A stretch of DNA of 64,000 bases from an uncultured Gemmatimonadota bacterium (GTDB taxonomy: Bacteria; GCA-2686955). Under the pieces are notes generated by a model. The model made no database searches. It saw only the letters and a program-made list of their open reading frames with translations, and was not told the origin of the DNA. The stretch covers positions 1 to 64,000 of the forward strand of contig CAZBBK010000020.1 of the NCBI GenBank assembly GCA_964490075.1, written 5' to 3'. The stretch's first letter is position 1; each line of letters starts with the position of its first letter. The position numbers and the translations under genes are program-made. Below, one piece after another: positions 1 to 9,500 of the stretch.

Positions 1-10
1 CTCCCATCGA

Positions 11-196
11 GCCCCTGCCCATACCCATGCCCGATTCGGGCAACGGAGTCGGGCAGGGGCAGGGGCACGCGAAGAAGTCCAGTCGAGACCGCCCCCCCAC
101 CCGCGCATGGAGCCCCGGAGGCCGGCGGACTCTCGCGGGGCCCGCGGTTCTTTGCGGAGTGCGTCGCGCGAGACGCGCTATATCGAAACGCCAGGG
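11..196 (+). repeat. Intergenic repeat family A, copy 1 (palindromic GGGCA-rich head plus ~130 bp body)
   Basis: 28-196 aligns by eye with the reverse complement of ~10205-10386; both contain TGCCCGATTCGGGCAACGGAGTCGGGCAGGG...GCACGCGAAGAAG...GTCGAGACCGCCCCCCC...GGGCCCGCGGTTCTT...ATATCGAAAC. Confidence 0.85.
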
Positions 197-228
197 GCTC
201 ACTGCCGCCTTTGCCCACTCTGTCTCCC

Positions 229-299
229 GTCTGAAGCCCGAAGCCCGAAGCCCGAAGCCTGAAGCCTGAAGCCGGCCCCGGCCTCCTCGCCGGGACCTC
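229..299 (+). repeat. Intergenic repeat family B, copy 1: six tandem heptamers C(C/T)GAAGC followed by a GC hairpin ending GCCGGGACCT
   Basis: Six heptamer copies at 231-272; homologous to the reverse complement of 54253-54309 and to 54496-54538. Confidence 0.85.
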
Positions 300-392
300 T
301 TCCGCCGATTCCTGTTGACACCCGAGTCCCGGCGCCGGTATCCCGGAGCGGTCCACACCGATCCACCCGAGGTCGCCTCAAGAGGAGCTCGC

Positions 393-2015
393 ATGCGTTC
401 CCAGCGCGAATTCGGAGGAGTCGTCCACTGGCTCCTCATCCTGCTGGCCACCTGTGGCCTGTTTGCGTCGATCATGATCCCGGGGCGGGCGATGTCTCGC
501 GCCGAGCGCGAAAAGGCGCAGGCCCGCAGCGAGATGCTCGATATCGTCACGGCCGAGAACCGCGCCTACAGCGAGCGCCAGGAGTACATCGGCACCCTCG
601 ATTCGTTGCAGCTCTTCATCGACTGGCAGACCCGGCGTTATCGCGTGGTGCGCGATTCCCTGAGCACCTTCTTCGGTCCCGCCGAGCACCCGGTCGAAGC
701 GGTCGATCGGGCGGCGGCGATGGCCGGCAAGTTCCGCGAGTACCTGCAGTACATCGAAGATCTGGCGATCAAGGACAGCTACGTGGCGATCGCCGACTCG
801 GTCTATCGTTTCCTGCGTTACCAGGCCGACATCCAAGCGGGTGCCGGCGAGTTCCGCCGGCTCTTCGACGAGGTGGGCGACGCCTTGCAGAACGACGTGC
901 TCGAGCCGGCGCAGTTCATCGAGCTGGCGGTCAAGGTCGACAGTCTCGAACTGGTGTTTCGCGCCGATCCCGAGCAGCTCGCGGCCCACAATGCCTATCG
1001 CGAGGTGCTCTACCTCACCCGAGCCCTGCTGCCGGCCCGGGAACGCTTCCAGACCTCGCTCACGACGCTCGACGGCTACCTCGAGTCGGGGGAGCGCTGG
1101 CCCTCGGCGCTGCGCTCGGCCGCTCGCCGCGCCGACAGCCTGCGCTTTTGCTTCCTCTTCGGCGGCTCCGCCGACGCCAGCGAAGCGCTGGAGTCGGTCA
1201 GCAACTTCCTCGACTACCGCGCCGACCTGTTGGAACGACACGAGGGCTACGAGAGCCTCTTCGGCACGGTCGCCGAATACCTGCGCGACCCCCAGCGCGA
1301 CCCGGAGATCGCCCGCGAGATGTCGAACCACGCCGACAGCCTGAAGTACTGCTTCCTTTTCGACAGCCCCGGCCTGCTCGGCGTCCCCCTCGCCCAGGCC
1401 GAGCAGGGGGCGGCGGCCGAGGCGGCGCCGGTCAATCGGCCGCTCGACTTGAGCCAGATCTCGAACTTCCTCTACGGCACGGCGTCGACCTGGAACTCCC
1501 AGCTCGACAGCTTGACCGAGCTGGTGCCCGAGACCGAGCGCCGCGCGCACGGCGCCGCGCGAGCCGAGCTGAAGGAGCGATTCGCGGAGGACCAGGCCCC
1601 CAAGTACGAGAAGGCGTCCGCCTTCGCCGCCGCGCTCGAGAAGATGCGGGGTGAGCTGACGGCCAAACTGGCCGACCTGGAGACCGATCTGGCCCAGCAG
1701 CGCGAGGAGATTCCCGCGATCCGCGAGGCGCTGGAGACGCGTCTCGCCGGCGGCACCACCGAGACCGCCACCCTGGCCGGCCTGCGGGAGAGCTTCGAGA
1801 CCAACCTGGCCGGCAACCAGCGCCGGCACGATCAGCTCGTCGCCCAGATCGCCCGGCTCGACCCCAGCCATTTCCCCCCGGGCCAGCTCTCGACCCACTC
1901 GCCGGCCCACCCGCGGGCGATGTACCGGCTGGAGATCGACGGCGACAAGATCTCGGTGCGCTCCTTCCACCGCGAGGAGTTCGGTGGGATCATCGAGGGC
2001 GACGCGACCTGGTAG
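393..2015 (+). CDS. Hypothetical membrane-anchored protein with ~66 aa internal repeats and a C-terminal coiled coil
   Basis: AGAGGAG RBS before ATG 393; N-terminal TM helix (VVHWLLILLATCGLFASIMI); repeats DSLELVF/DSLRFCFLF/DSLKYCFLF. Confidence 0.8.
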   Translation: MRSQREFGGVVHWLLILLATCGLFASIMIPGRAMSRAEREKAQARSEMLDIVTAENRAYSERQEYIGTLDSLQLFIDWQTRRYRVVRDSLSTFFGPAEHPVEAVDRAAAMAGKFREYLQYIEDLAIKDSYVAIADSVYRFLRYQADIQAGAGEFRRLFDEVGDALQNDVLEPAQFIELAVKVDSLELVFRADPEQLAAHNAYREVLYLTRALLPARERFQTSLTTLDGYLESGERWPSALRSAARRADSLRFCFLFGGSADASEALESVSNFLDYRADLLERHEGYESLFGTVAEYLRDPQRDPEIAREMSNHADSLKYCFLFDSPGLLGVPLAQAEQGAAAEAAPVNRPLDLSQISNFLYGTASTWNSQLDSLTELVPETERRAHGAARAELKERFAEDQAPKYEKASAFAAALEKMRGELTAKLADLETDLAQQREEIPAIREALETRLAGGTTETATLAGLRESFETNLAGNQRRHDQLVAQIARLDPSHFPPGQLSTHSPAHPRAMYRLEIDGDKISVRSFHREEFGGIIEGDATW

Positions 2016-2040
2016 GGATTTCGCGCCCCCCGTCCCCACG

Positions 2041-2084
2041 AAAAAAGCCCGGCGGCCAGCGCTGCCGCCGGCCTCCGGGCCTTC
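2041..2084 (-). terminator. Rho-independent terminator for tRNA-Ala (possibly bidirectional)
   Basis: GC-rich hairpin followed by TTTTTT on the minus strand (AAAAAAGCCCGG...CCGGGC on plus), between convergent genes. Confidence 0.6.
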
Positions 2085-2108
2085 GTCGAGCTTCCGGAGA
2101 AGCGAATC

Positions 2109-2184
2109 TGGTGGAGCCAAGGGGGATCGAACCCCTGACCTCGTGACTGCCAGTCACGCGCTCTCCCAGCTGAGCTATGGCCCC
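2109..2184 (-). tRNA. tRNA-Ala (GGC)
   Basis: Reverse complement reads GGGGCCATAGCTCAGCTGGGAGAGCGCGTGACTGGCAGTCACGAGGTCAGGGGTTCGATCCCCCTTGGCTCCACCA; 76 nt, anticodon GGC, encoded CCA. Confidence 0.97.
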
Positions 2185-2197
2185 AGATGGAGCCGAA

Positions 2198-2272
2198 ACC
2201 CTAGGGCATGGGGAGCGGGGGGTCAACCGCAATGGGGTCCATCCTTGACACCCCGCGCCGCGCGCGCATACT
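2198..2272. promoter_or_regulatory. Back-to-back sigma70-type promoters for the two tRNAs
   Basis: Plus strand TTGACA(2245-2250)-16 nt-CATACT(2267-2272); minus strand TTGACC(2226-2221)-17 nt-TAGGGT(2203-2198). Confidence 0.6.
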
Positions 2273-2283
2273 CACCAGTTCCC

Positions 2284-2370
2284 GCCGGAGTGGTGGAATT
2301 GGCAGACACGCTAGACTCAAAATCTAGTGAGCGCGAGCTCGTGCGGGTTCGAGTCCCGCCTCCGGTACCA
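2284..2370 (+). tRNA. tRNA-Leu (CAA)
   Basis: GCCGGAGTGGTGGAATTGGCAGACACGCTAGACTCAAAATCTAG...GGTTCGAGTCCCGCCTCCGGTACCA; long variable arm, anticodon CAA. Confidence 0.97.
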
Positions 2371-2407
2371 CTCTATGCCGTGGGCGCGCGCGGCTATGGG
2401 CGCGCGT

Positions 2408-2730
2408 CTACGGCTCGGTAGAGGGGATCTCCAACTCGATCAGCACCGGATCTCCGGTGAAGCGCACGCGGCGGCTGGCACGGCCCCCTGCGAGTCCTTG
2501 AGCTCGAACTCGTAGTCGAGCGGCGAGGTGCCGAGCAGCAGCGGCTGGCTTTCGAAGCGTTCGGCGTCGGCCGAAACCGAGACCCCCGCGGCGCCGACCC
2601 GGGCCTTGGTGACTCCGAAAGTGGTGAGCGAGACCTCCGCGCCGGGCGGCGTGGTGATGACGGTGATCTTCTGCTTGCCGGCGCAGCCGGCCATCGTGGC
2701 CAGCGCGGCGCAGATCACGAGAATCCTCAT
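2408..2730 (-). pseudogene. Small PEGA-like lipoprotein, probably frameshifted
   Basis: Lipobox MRILVICAALATMAGC and PEGA-like ITVITTPPGAEV...LGTSPL; reading frame ends at 2440, while a plausible C-terminus (VRFTGDPVLIELEIP) lies in another frame ending at 2408. Confidence 0.55.
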
Positions 2731-2853
2731 GTGGCTCTCCTGGTTGGGTGATGATCTCCGATCGACATTGTGGCACGGTGCATACGCGCGCGGGGCGGCG
2801 GATTGCGCTATTCTCGCCGCTCCTTCCCGGCATGGAGCTCTGACCACCGCGCA

Positions 2854-3279
2854 ATGCCCACCGAACCTCTTCCCCGAGTCCTCCTGGTCGACGACGAGGA
2901 GGAGTTCGTCCAGGCGCTGGCCGAGCGCCTCGAAGCGCGCGGCTTCGAGGCCGCGGTGGTCTTCGATGGCGAGCAGGCGCTGCAACACCTCGCCGCCGAT
3001 CCGCCCCAGGTGATGGTGGTCGACCTGATGATGCCGGGGATCGACGGCCTGGAGGTGCTGCGCCGGGTGCGGCGCGAACCCGCCGCCATCGAGGTGATCC
3101 TGGTCACCGGCCACGGCAGCGCCCGCGAAGAGGCCCTGGCCCGCGATCTGGGCGCCTTCGCCTATCTGAACAAGCCGCTGGCCATCGAAGCCCTCGCGAG
3201 CTCGTTGAAGGAAGCCGGCGCGCGCGCGCGCCGGGCCGCGCGCGAGCAGGATCCGGATCGGCATGAGCGCCATCAGTGA
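2854..3279 (+). CDS. Single-domain response regulator (REC)
   Basis: VLLVDDEEEF, VVDLMMPGIDG, LVTGHG, YLNKP. Confidence 0.92.
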   Translation: MPTEPLPRVLLVDDEEEFVQALAERLEARGFEAAVVFDGEQALQHLAADPPQVMVVDLMMPGIDGLEVLRRVRREPAAIEVILVTGHGSAREEALARDLGAFAYLNKPLAIEALASSLKEAGARARRAAREQDPDRHERHQ

Positions 3280-5020
3280 GGAGCGCCTCGCCGCCGCCGC
3301 CCCCGCCGCGCCGAGCAACGCCCAAGCCGCTTCCGCCAGGCATCAGGGGACGGTGGGACCGCTGCGCTCGCAGAGCTACTACCAGCGCCTTCTGCTCTAC
3401 GCGGTGCTGCTGGTGTCGACGGTCGCCATCGGCCCCTTGTTGATCATGACCGGCGTCAACTTCCACCAGTATCGAGACGCCTTCCACGCCGAGTCGATCC
3501 GCCCCGTGGCGCGCCTCACCACCAATACCAAGACCGCCCTGGAGTCGTTCTTCGACGCCCGCCTGTCGGCGCTGAAACTGGTGGTGCGCGAGGAGAGCCG
3601 GGAGCAGCTCGGCGATCCGCAGGCGCTGCGCCGCCTGCTGCGCAACCTCAAAGAAGCCTTCGGCGGCTTCATCGACCTGGGCCTGATCGACCCCTCCGGG
3701 CGCCAGCTCGCCTACGCCGGCCCCTACGAGCTCGAGGGCGAGACCTACGCCGACCACGACTGGTTCCACGAGGTTCGGCTGCGCGGCGTCCACATCTCCG
3801 AGGTGTTCATGGGGCACCGCAAGCTTCCCCACTTCGTGATCGCCGTCACCCACGAATCGGAGAGCGGCGAGACCCTGACGCTGCGCGCCACCATCGACAC
3901 CGAGGCGATCGACCGACAAATCCTCTCCCACGGCATGCTGCCGGCCGGCGATGCCTTTCTGGTCAACCGCAAGGGTGTGCTGCAGACGCCCTCGCGCTTC
4001 TTCGGCGAAGTCCTCGATCCCTGCCCCTTGGAGATCGCGCCCTATGCGCCCCAGACCGAGATCCGCGAGACCCGGGACCGGCGCGGCAACCCCTTGATCA
4101 TGGGCTTCGCGCAGGTCGATCGCTCCCCCTTCACCGTGGTGCTGCTCGATCGCCCCGGGGCGCTGCAAGAGGGCTGGCTTTCGCTCCGGCGCGACCTGGC
4201 GGTCTTCTTGGCCCTCAGCGTGCTGACGATTCTGCTGGTCGTGGTCTGGGGTGCGCGTTTCATGGTCAATCGCCAGCGCGACGCCGACACGCGGCGCGCG
4301 GCGCTCTTCCACAAGCTGGAGTACACCAACAAGATGGCCGCCATCGGGCGGCTCGCGGCCGGAGTGGCGCACGAGATCAACAATCCCCTGGCGATCATCA
4401 ACGAAAAGGCCGGCCTGCTGCATGATCACCTGACCCTGGCGCCGGAGCCACCGCCGCCGGAGCGCTTGCGGCCGCTGGTCGATTCGGTGATCAACTCGGT
4501 GGAGCGCTGCGGCACGATCACCCATCGCCTGCTCGGTTTCGCCAAGCACATGGAGGTGCGCAGCGAGGAGATCGACCTCGAGATCTTGCTGCGCGAGGTG
4601 CTCAGTTTCCTCGAGAGGGAGGCGGCCTACCGCAGTGTCGAGGTGGCCTACGACGTCGCGGCGGACCTGCCGACCATCCACAGCGATCGCGGCCAGCTCC
4701 AGCAGGTCTTCCTGAACATCGTCAACAACGCGATCAGCGCCGTGGGAGACGGCGGCCGAGTCGACATTCGACTGGAATGCCATGGCGCCGAGCGGGTGGC
4801 GGTCAGCGTGGCCGACGACGGACCGGGGATCTCCCGGGAGAACCTGGCGCGAATCTTCGAGCCCTTCTTCACCACCAAGAAGGTGACCGGCACCGGTCTG
4901 GGCCTGTCGATCACCTACGGGATCGTGCAGAAGCTGGGGGGCAAGATCAGAGTGTCGAGCGAGGAAGGGCAAGGAGCCTGCTTCACGGTGGTGCTCCCGG
5001 TGAGCCGAGAGGCGGCATGA
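3263..5020 (+). CDS. Membrane sensor histidine kinase with extracytoplasmic Cache-like region
   Basis: Two TM segments; H-box AAGVAHEINNPL; N-box QQVFLNIVNNA; DDGPGI; FEPFFTTK; GTGLGL. Confidence 0.95.
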   Translation: MSAISEERLAAAAPAAPSNAQAASARHQGTVGPLRSQSYYQRLLLYAVLLVSTVAIGPLLIMTGVNFHQYRDAFHAESIRPVARLTTNTKTALESFFDARLSALKLVVREESREQLGDPQALRRLLRNLKEAFGGFIDLGLIDPSGRQLAYAGPYELEGETYADHDWFHEVRLRGVHISEVFMGHRKLPHFVIAVTHESESGETLTLRATIDTEAIDRQILSHGMLPAGDAFLVNRKGVLQTPSRFFGEVLDPCPLEIAPYAPQTEIRETRDRRGNPLIMGFAQVDRSPFTVVLLDRPGALQEGWLSLRRDLAVFLALSVLTILLVVVWGARFMVNRQRDADTRRAALFHKLEYTNKMAAIGRLAAGVAHEINNPLAIINEKAGLLHDHLTLAPEPPPPERLRPLVDSVINSVERCGTITHRLLGFAKHMEVRSEEIDLEILLREVLSFLEREAAYRSVEVAYDVAADLPTIHSDRGQLQQVFLNIVNNAISAVGDGGRVDIRLECHGAERVAVSVADDGPGISRENLARIFEPFFTTKKVTGTGLGLSITYGIVQKLGGKIRVSSEEGQGACFTVVLPVSREAA

Positions 5021-5409
5021 AAAGGAAACAAGCGATGCGGGTGCTGGTGGTCGACGATGAGCAGGAGCTGGTGGAGGCTCTGGTCGAGCGGCTGACCCTG
5101 CGCGGCGTCGAGGCGGCGGGAGTGACCAGCGGCGCCGAGGCGTTGGAGCGGATCGATTCCGAGACTTACGACGTGGTGCTGCTCGACGTGAAGATGCCGG
5201 GGGTCGGCGGGCTGGAGGTGATCAAGCGGATCAAGGAGCGCTGGCCGCGGCTGCAGGTGGTGCTGCTCACCGGCCACGGCTCGGCCGAGAGCGCCCGACG
5301 GGGGATGCAGCTCGGGGCCGCGGAGTACCTGATGAAGCCGCTCAAGCTAGAGGAGCTGATGGCCACCCTGCGGCGGGCGGTCGGCGGAGCGGAGGGCGAA
5401 GGCTCATGA
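5017..5409 (+). CDS. Single-domain response regulator (REC)
   Basis: VLVVDDEQEL, LLDVKMPG, LLTGHG, YLMKP; ATGA overlap with the kinase stop. Confidence 0.92.
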   Translation: MKRKQAMRVLVVDDEQELVEALVERLTLRGVEAAGVTSGAEALERIDSETYDVVLLDVKMPGVGGLEVIKRIKERWPRLQVVLLTGHGSAESARRGMQLGAAEYLMKPLKLEELMATLRRAVGGAEGEGS

Positions 5410-6509
5410 GCGACAACCAGGAGCAACGCCTGCGCGAGGGGGGCGCGGCCTTCTTCGGCGCCGTGGCGGCCTCGCTCTCGCACGATCTGAGCAATGTCCT
5501 GGCAACCGTCAACGAGCTCTCGGGACTGCTCGACGACCTGCTGGCGGCCTGCGGTGAAGGGGTAGAGCCCGACCCGCAGCGGCTCGAGAAGCTGGTCGGA
5601 CGGATCTCCGGTCAGGTCAAGCGCGGCAAGGAGTACTCCAGGCTGTTGAACCGCATGGCCCACAGCATGGACGAGCCGCGCTCCCAGCTCGACGTGGCGG
5701 AGGCGGTGCGCGAGGTGTGCGCTCTCTGCGAGCGCTTCGCGCGCCTGCGCAAGGTCACGCTGGACTGCGCTTCGCTGGGAGAGGTGTCGGCGACGATCGA
5801 GACCGATCCCTTCGAGCTCCGGCAGATGGTCTACCGCGCCATCGAGCTGGCCCATCATGGCGCCCGCGAGGGGGCGGCCATCCGGGTCGCCTGCGAGACC
5901 GACGACACCCGGTTGCGGGTCCTGGTGGGGCGGCCGGGGCGGGTGCACGGCGGTCCCGAGGTCGAGGGACGGCTCGATCTGCTGAAGCTTCTGGTGGCGC
6001 GGCTGCACGGCGAGCTGGAGTGCTGTCTGGCCCCCGATCTGGAGCTGGGCATGGCGCTGCCCCTGGTGCCGAGCGCGGCGGCGCCGCAGCGCGCGCTGGG
6101 AATCCGTCTGTGGACCTCCGGGACCGAGCCGGACGCCGCCGCGCCCGGGCGGGTGCTCCTGATCGACGACGAGGTCGAGTTCGTAGAGACGCTGGCCGAG
6201 CGGCTGCGCACCCGCGGCCTGGAGGTCGAGTGCGCGACCAGCGGCACCGAGGGGATCGAGATGGCCGGCAAGAGGCCTTTCGACACGGTGATCCTCGACT
6301 ATGCGATGCCGGGCATGGACGGGGTCGCGGCGCTCAAAATCCTGCGCCAGCACACGCCCGATCTGAAGGTCCTGCTGCTGACCGGTCAGGCCACCATCAA
6401 AGCGGCGGTCGAGGCCGCGCGCCTCGGCGCCTCCGATGTGCTGGAGAAGCCGATCGACATCGACACCCTGCTCGAGAAGATCCGTGGCGCAGGCGGGCGA
6501 CGCGCCTGA
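5406..6509 (+). CDS. Degenerate histidine-kinase-like domain fused to a C-terminal REC domain
   Basis: H-box-like SLSHDLSNVL without recognisable N/G boxes; REC motifs VLLIDDEVEF...ILDYAMPGMDG...LEKP. Confidence 0.85.
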   Translation: MSDNQEQRLREGGAAFFGAVAASLSHDLSNVLATVNELSGLLDDLLAACGEGVEPDPQRLEKLVGRISGQVKRGKEYSRLLNRMAHSMDEPRSQLDVAEAVREVCALCERFARLRKVTLDCASLGEVSATIETDPFELRQMVYRAIELAHHGAREGAAIRVACETDDTRLRVLVGRPGRVHGGPEVEGRLDLLKLLVARLHGELECCLAPDLELGMALPLVPSAAAPQRALGIRLWTSGTEPDAAAPGRVLLIDDEVEFVETLAERLRTRGLEVECATSGTEGIEMAGKRPFDTVILDYAMPGMDGVAALKILRQHTPDLKVLLLTGQATIKAAVEAARLGASDVLEKPIDIDTLLEKIRGAGGRRA

Positions 6510-6521
6510 GCGGATCCCTTC

Positions 6522-9500
6522 TCAGCCCGAGTCGATGCGCACAGCCGCGGTCAGCGGGCAGACTCGCTCGTCCGAGCCCTGGTGCGCCGCCGGGCCGATC
6601 GCCTCCAGTGCCGCGGCCTGGGTCGGGTAGGTGTCGACCCCCTGGTAGTCCTCGGGGCGGCCGATGATCTTCAGCATGTCGACCACCTTGTCGTGCAGCC
6701 CGCTGACCGATACCGAGCAGCCGGCCCGGATCAGGCGCGCGAAGAGACGCGGCGTCTCCTCGGCGGCGATCGGATCGAGGCCCTGCAGAGTGTGCCCGGC
6801 GAGGAGCACATGCCGGGCTTCGGGGCGACCTTCGAGCGCTGCTTTCAGCTTTTCCTCGAAGATCCCGATGGTGGCAAAGTTGAGCGGCCCTTCCATGCGC
6901 ACCGCGACGATCCTGCGGCAGAGCGCCAGGCCGTGCCGCGAGGCGTCGCGAAGCGAGCCGTCGCTGTGCATCGAGAGCTGCGTCAGGCGCGGCAGGATCA
7001 GCTCGAAGGGGCATTCGCCCTCCGGATCCCGCTGGTGGGCCTCGGTGTGGATCGCGGCGATCGCCAGCACGTCGAGCGGGTAGATATCGTCCGGGCCGAT
7101 GGCGTCGGCGACGCCTCTGCGGCCCAGGTCCTCGAAGACCTGGTCGCTGAAGTTGGCGAGCACCACGCGGTAGCCGGCCTCGCGCACTGCCTCGACCAGG
7201 GAGAGCAGGTGGCTCGACTCGGTCTCGCCCAGCTCGGGCAGGGTCTGGGCCAGGAAGACGACGTTGAGCACGCTGGGGCGGGTCTTGGCCCAGCGGATGA
7301 ACTCCGACTGGATGGCGGCGCCCGAGTGCAATACCAGGGGGCCGTCGAAGCGCAGCACCGCGGTATGCTGGCAGAGCTTCAGATGGTGCTGGCGCGCCTC
7401 GCGCAGGGTTCCGGTGTGGTGCACGGAGAGCTCGGTCAGGTGGGGGGCGAGCTTGTGCAGGGGGCAGCGCTGCTCGGAAGAGCCGGTGTGAGCCCTGGCA
7501 TAGATGCCAGCGATCGCCATGATCTGGGTGGGGTAGATCGACTCGGGTCCGATGATCTGGTCGACGCCGGCCTGCTCCAGCCCCTCACGCACCGGCTCCT
7601 TGATCCCGCTGAACGAAACCGCCAGCCCGTCCTTGCGCAGTCGCTCCACCAGCGCCCCCAGCTCCTCGGCCCCGGCGGCGTCGATCTCCGGCACGCCGTG
7701 GGCCACGAAGACCACGTGCCGCAAGGCGGGCCGGTCGCCCAGCAGGGTCAGCACCTCCTTCTCCAGGTAGGCGGTGTTGGCGAAGGTGAGCGGGGCGTCG
7801 AAGCGGAACGCGGCGATATGGCGGCACACCGGCAGATGGTGGCGCCGGGCGCTGCGCAGCGAGCCGTCGGAGTGCAGCGAGAGCTCCTCGATCGGCGGCA
7901 TCAGCTGCAGGTAGGGGCAGCGCTCCTCGGTGCTGCCGGCGTGGGCATCGGCGTAGAGAGCGGCGATCGCCTCGGCGCGGGTGTCGAAGAAACGCTCGGC
8001 GCCGATGCGCTGAAAGAGGCGCGAGCGCTTCAGCACGTCGACGATCCCCTCCGGCATGCCCGAGAACGACACCTCGAAGCCGGCCTCGCGCAGGTTGTCG
8101 ACCACGTGGCGCAGCATCTCCTCGCCGGAGGCGTCGATTTCGCTGATGCCGTTGCTGGCGATCAGCACCTGGCGCAGCTCCGGGAGCTCCGCCACGCGAT
8201 CGAGGATCTCTGTCTCCAGGTAGCTGGCGCTGGCGAAGTAGAGCGCCCCCTCGAAGCGCACCACCGCGATGTGATCGCAGCAGCGCAGACCGTGGCGCTT
8301 GGCGTCGCGCATCGCTCCGTCGGCGTGCGGGGCCAGCTCGACGACCTGGGGACGCATGCTGCGGTAGAGGTAGGCCACCAGCGAGAGCGACACGCCGATC
8401 AGGATCCCCTGCTCCAGGTGAGGTGCGAAGGCCAGCGTGCCTCCGAAGGTCAACACCGACACCACGCCGTCCAGGTGATTGGTGCGCCAGGCGTGCACGA
8501 AGCCCCGCACGTTGAGCAGCCCGAGCACCGCCATCATGATGATCGAGGCCAGCACCGCTTGCGGCAGGTGGTAGAGGCCGGGGGCCAGGAAGAGCAGCAC
8601 CACCAGCACCACGGCGGAAGAGAAGACGTTGGACAGACCGGTGCGGGCGCCGGCCTGGAGGTTGACCGCCGAGCGTGAGAAGGAGCCCGACACGGCGTAG
8701 CTCTGGCCCATGCAGCCGACGATGTTGGCCAGGCCCTGGCCGATCAGCTCCTGGTTGGCGTCGAGCTTCTGGCGGGTGCGGGCGGCCATCGCCTTGGCGA
8801 TCGAGATCGCCTCCATGAAGCCGAGCAGCGAGATGATCAGAGCGGCGCCGACCAGGTGCGAGAGCACGCCGAAGTCGATCTCCGGCCAGCTCAGCGCCGG
8901 GATGCCGCGCGGAATCGTCGCCACCACGGCGCCCCCGCCGGTGAGCGGCAGGGCGTCGGGGAGCAGCGGCGTGTTGCCCACCTTGATGCGCCAGGTCGGG
9001 CCGGCGGAGCCGGGTGCCGCGTCCGGCGCCGACGAGTCACGAAGGGCGAAGCGCGGCTCGCCCTCGGGGCCGTCCCGGCTCACCAGGAGCAGTTCGCGCA
9101 GCTCGGCTCGCAGCTCCGCGGCGCTTCGCTTCAGGTCCGCGATCTGGGCGTCGATCAGCCCCGAGCGCTGGTGCACGATCAGCGCCTCACCCGAAACCCG
9201 GCGCCGGCGCTGCGGCCGCTCCTCGCCGCGCGCGAAGAGCGACACGTCGCGCTGCTCGTGGCAGCGCAGGCAGAGCGCCTTTTCGCGCCGCGCCAGCTCC
9301 GCCCAGCCGCGCTGCCCTTCGGCGCGGTGGCGCTCCAGCAGCTCCCGGGTCTCCAGGGTCTCGTTGAGCTCGGCAACCAGCGGCGCGAGCTCGGGCACGT
9401 CGATGCGCGCCAGGGCGACCGTTCGGTCCTGCTGGAAGCCGGTCAGCCAGGAGAGCGCCGTGGTGATCACCACCGCCGCCAGCACCGCCGGCAGGCGCGG

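Noticed and set aside
27-269. Short ORFs starting MPDSGNGVGQGQG here and at 10076-10387
   Set aside because: They are translations of the family A repeat; similarity is at DNA level and the frames diverge
2109-2370. tRNAs as integration sites of a prophage or island
   Set aside because: No integrase and no duplicated tRNA 3' end were found in the window
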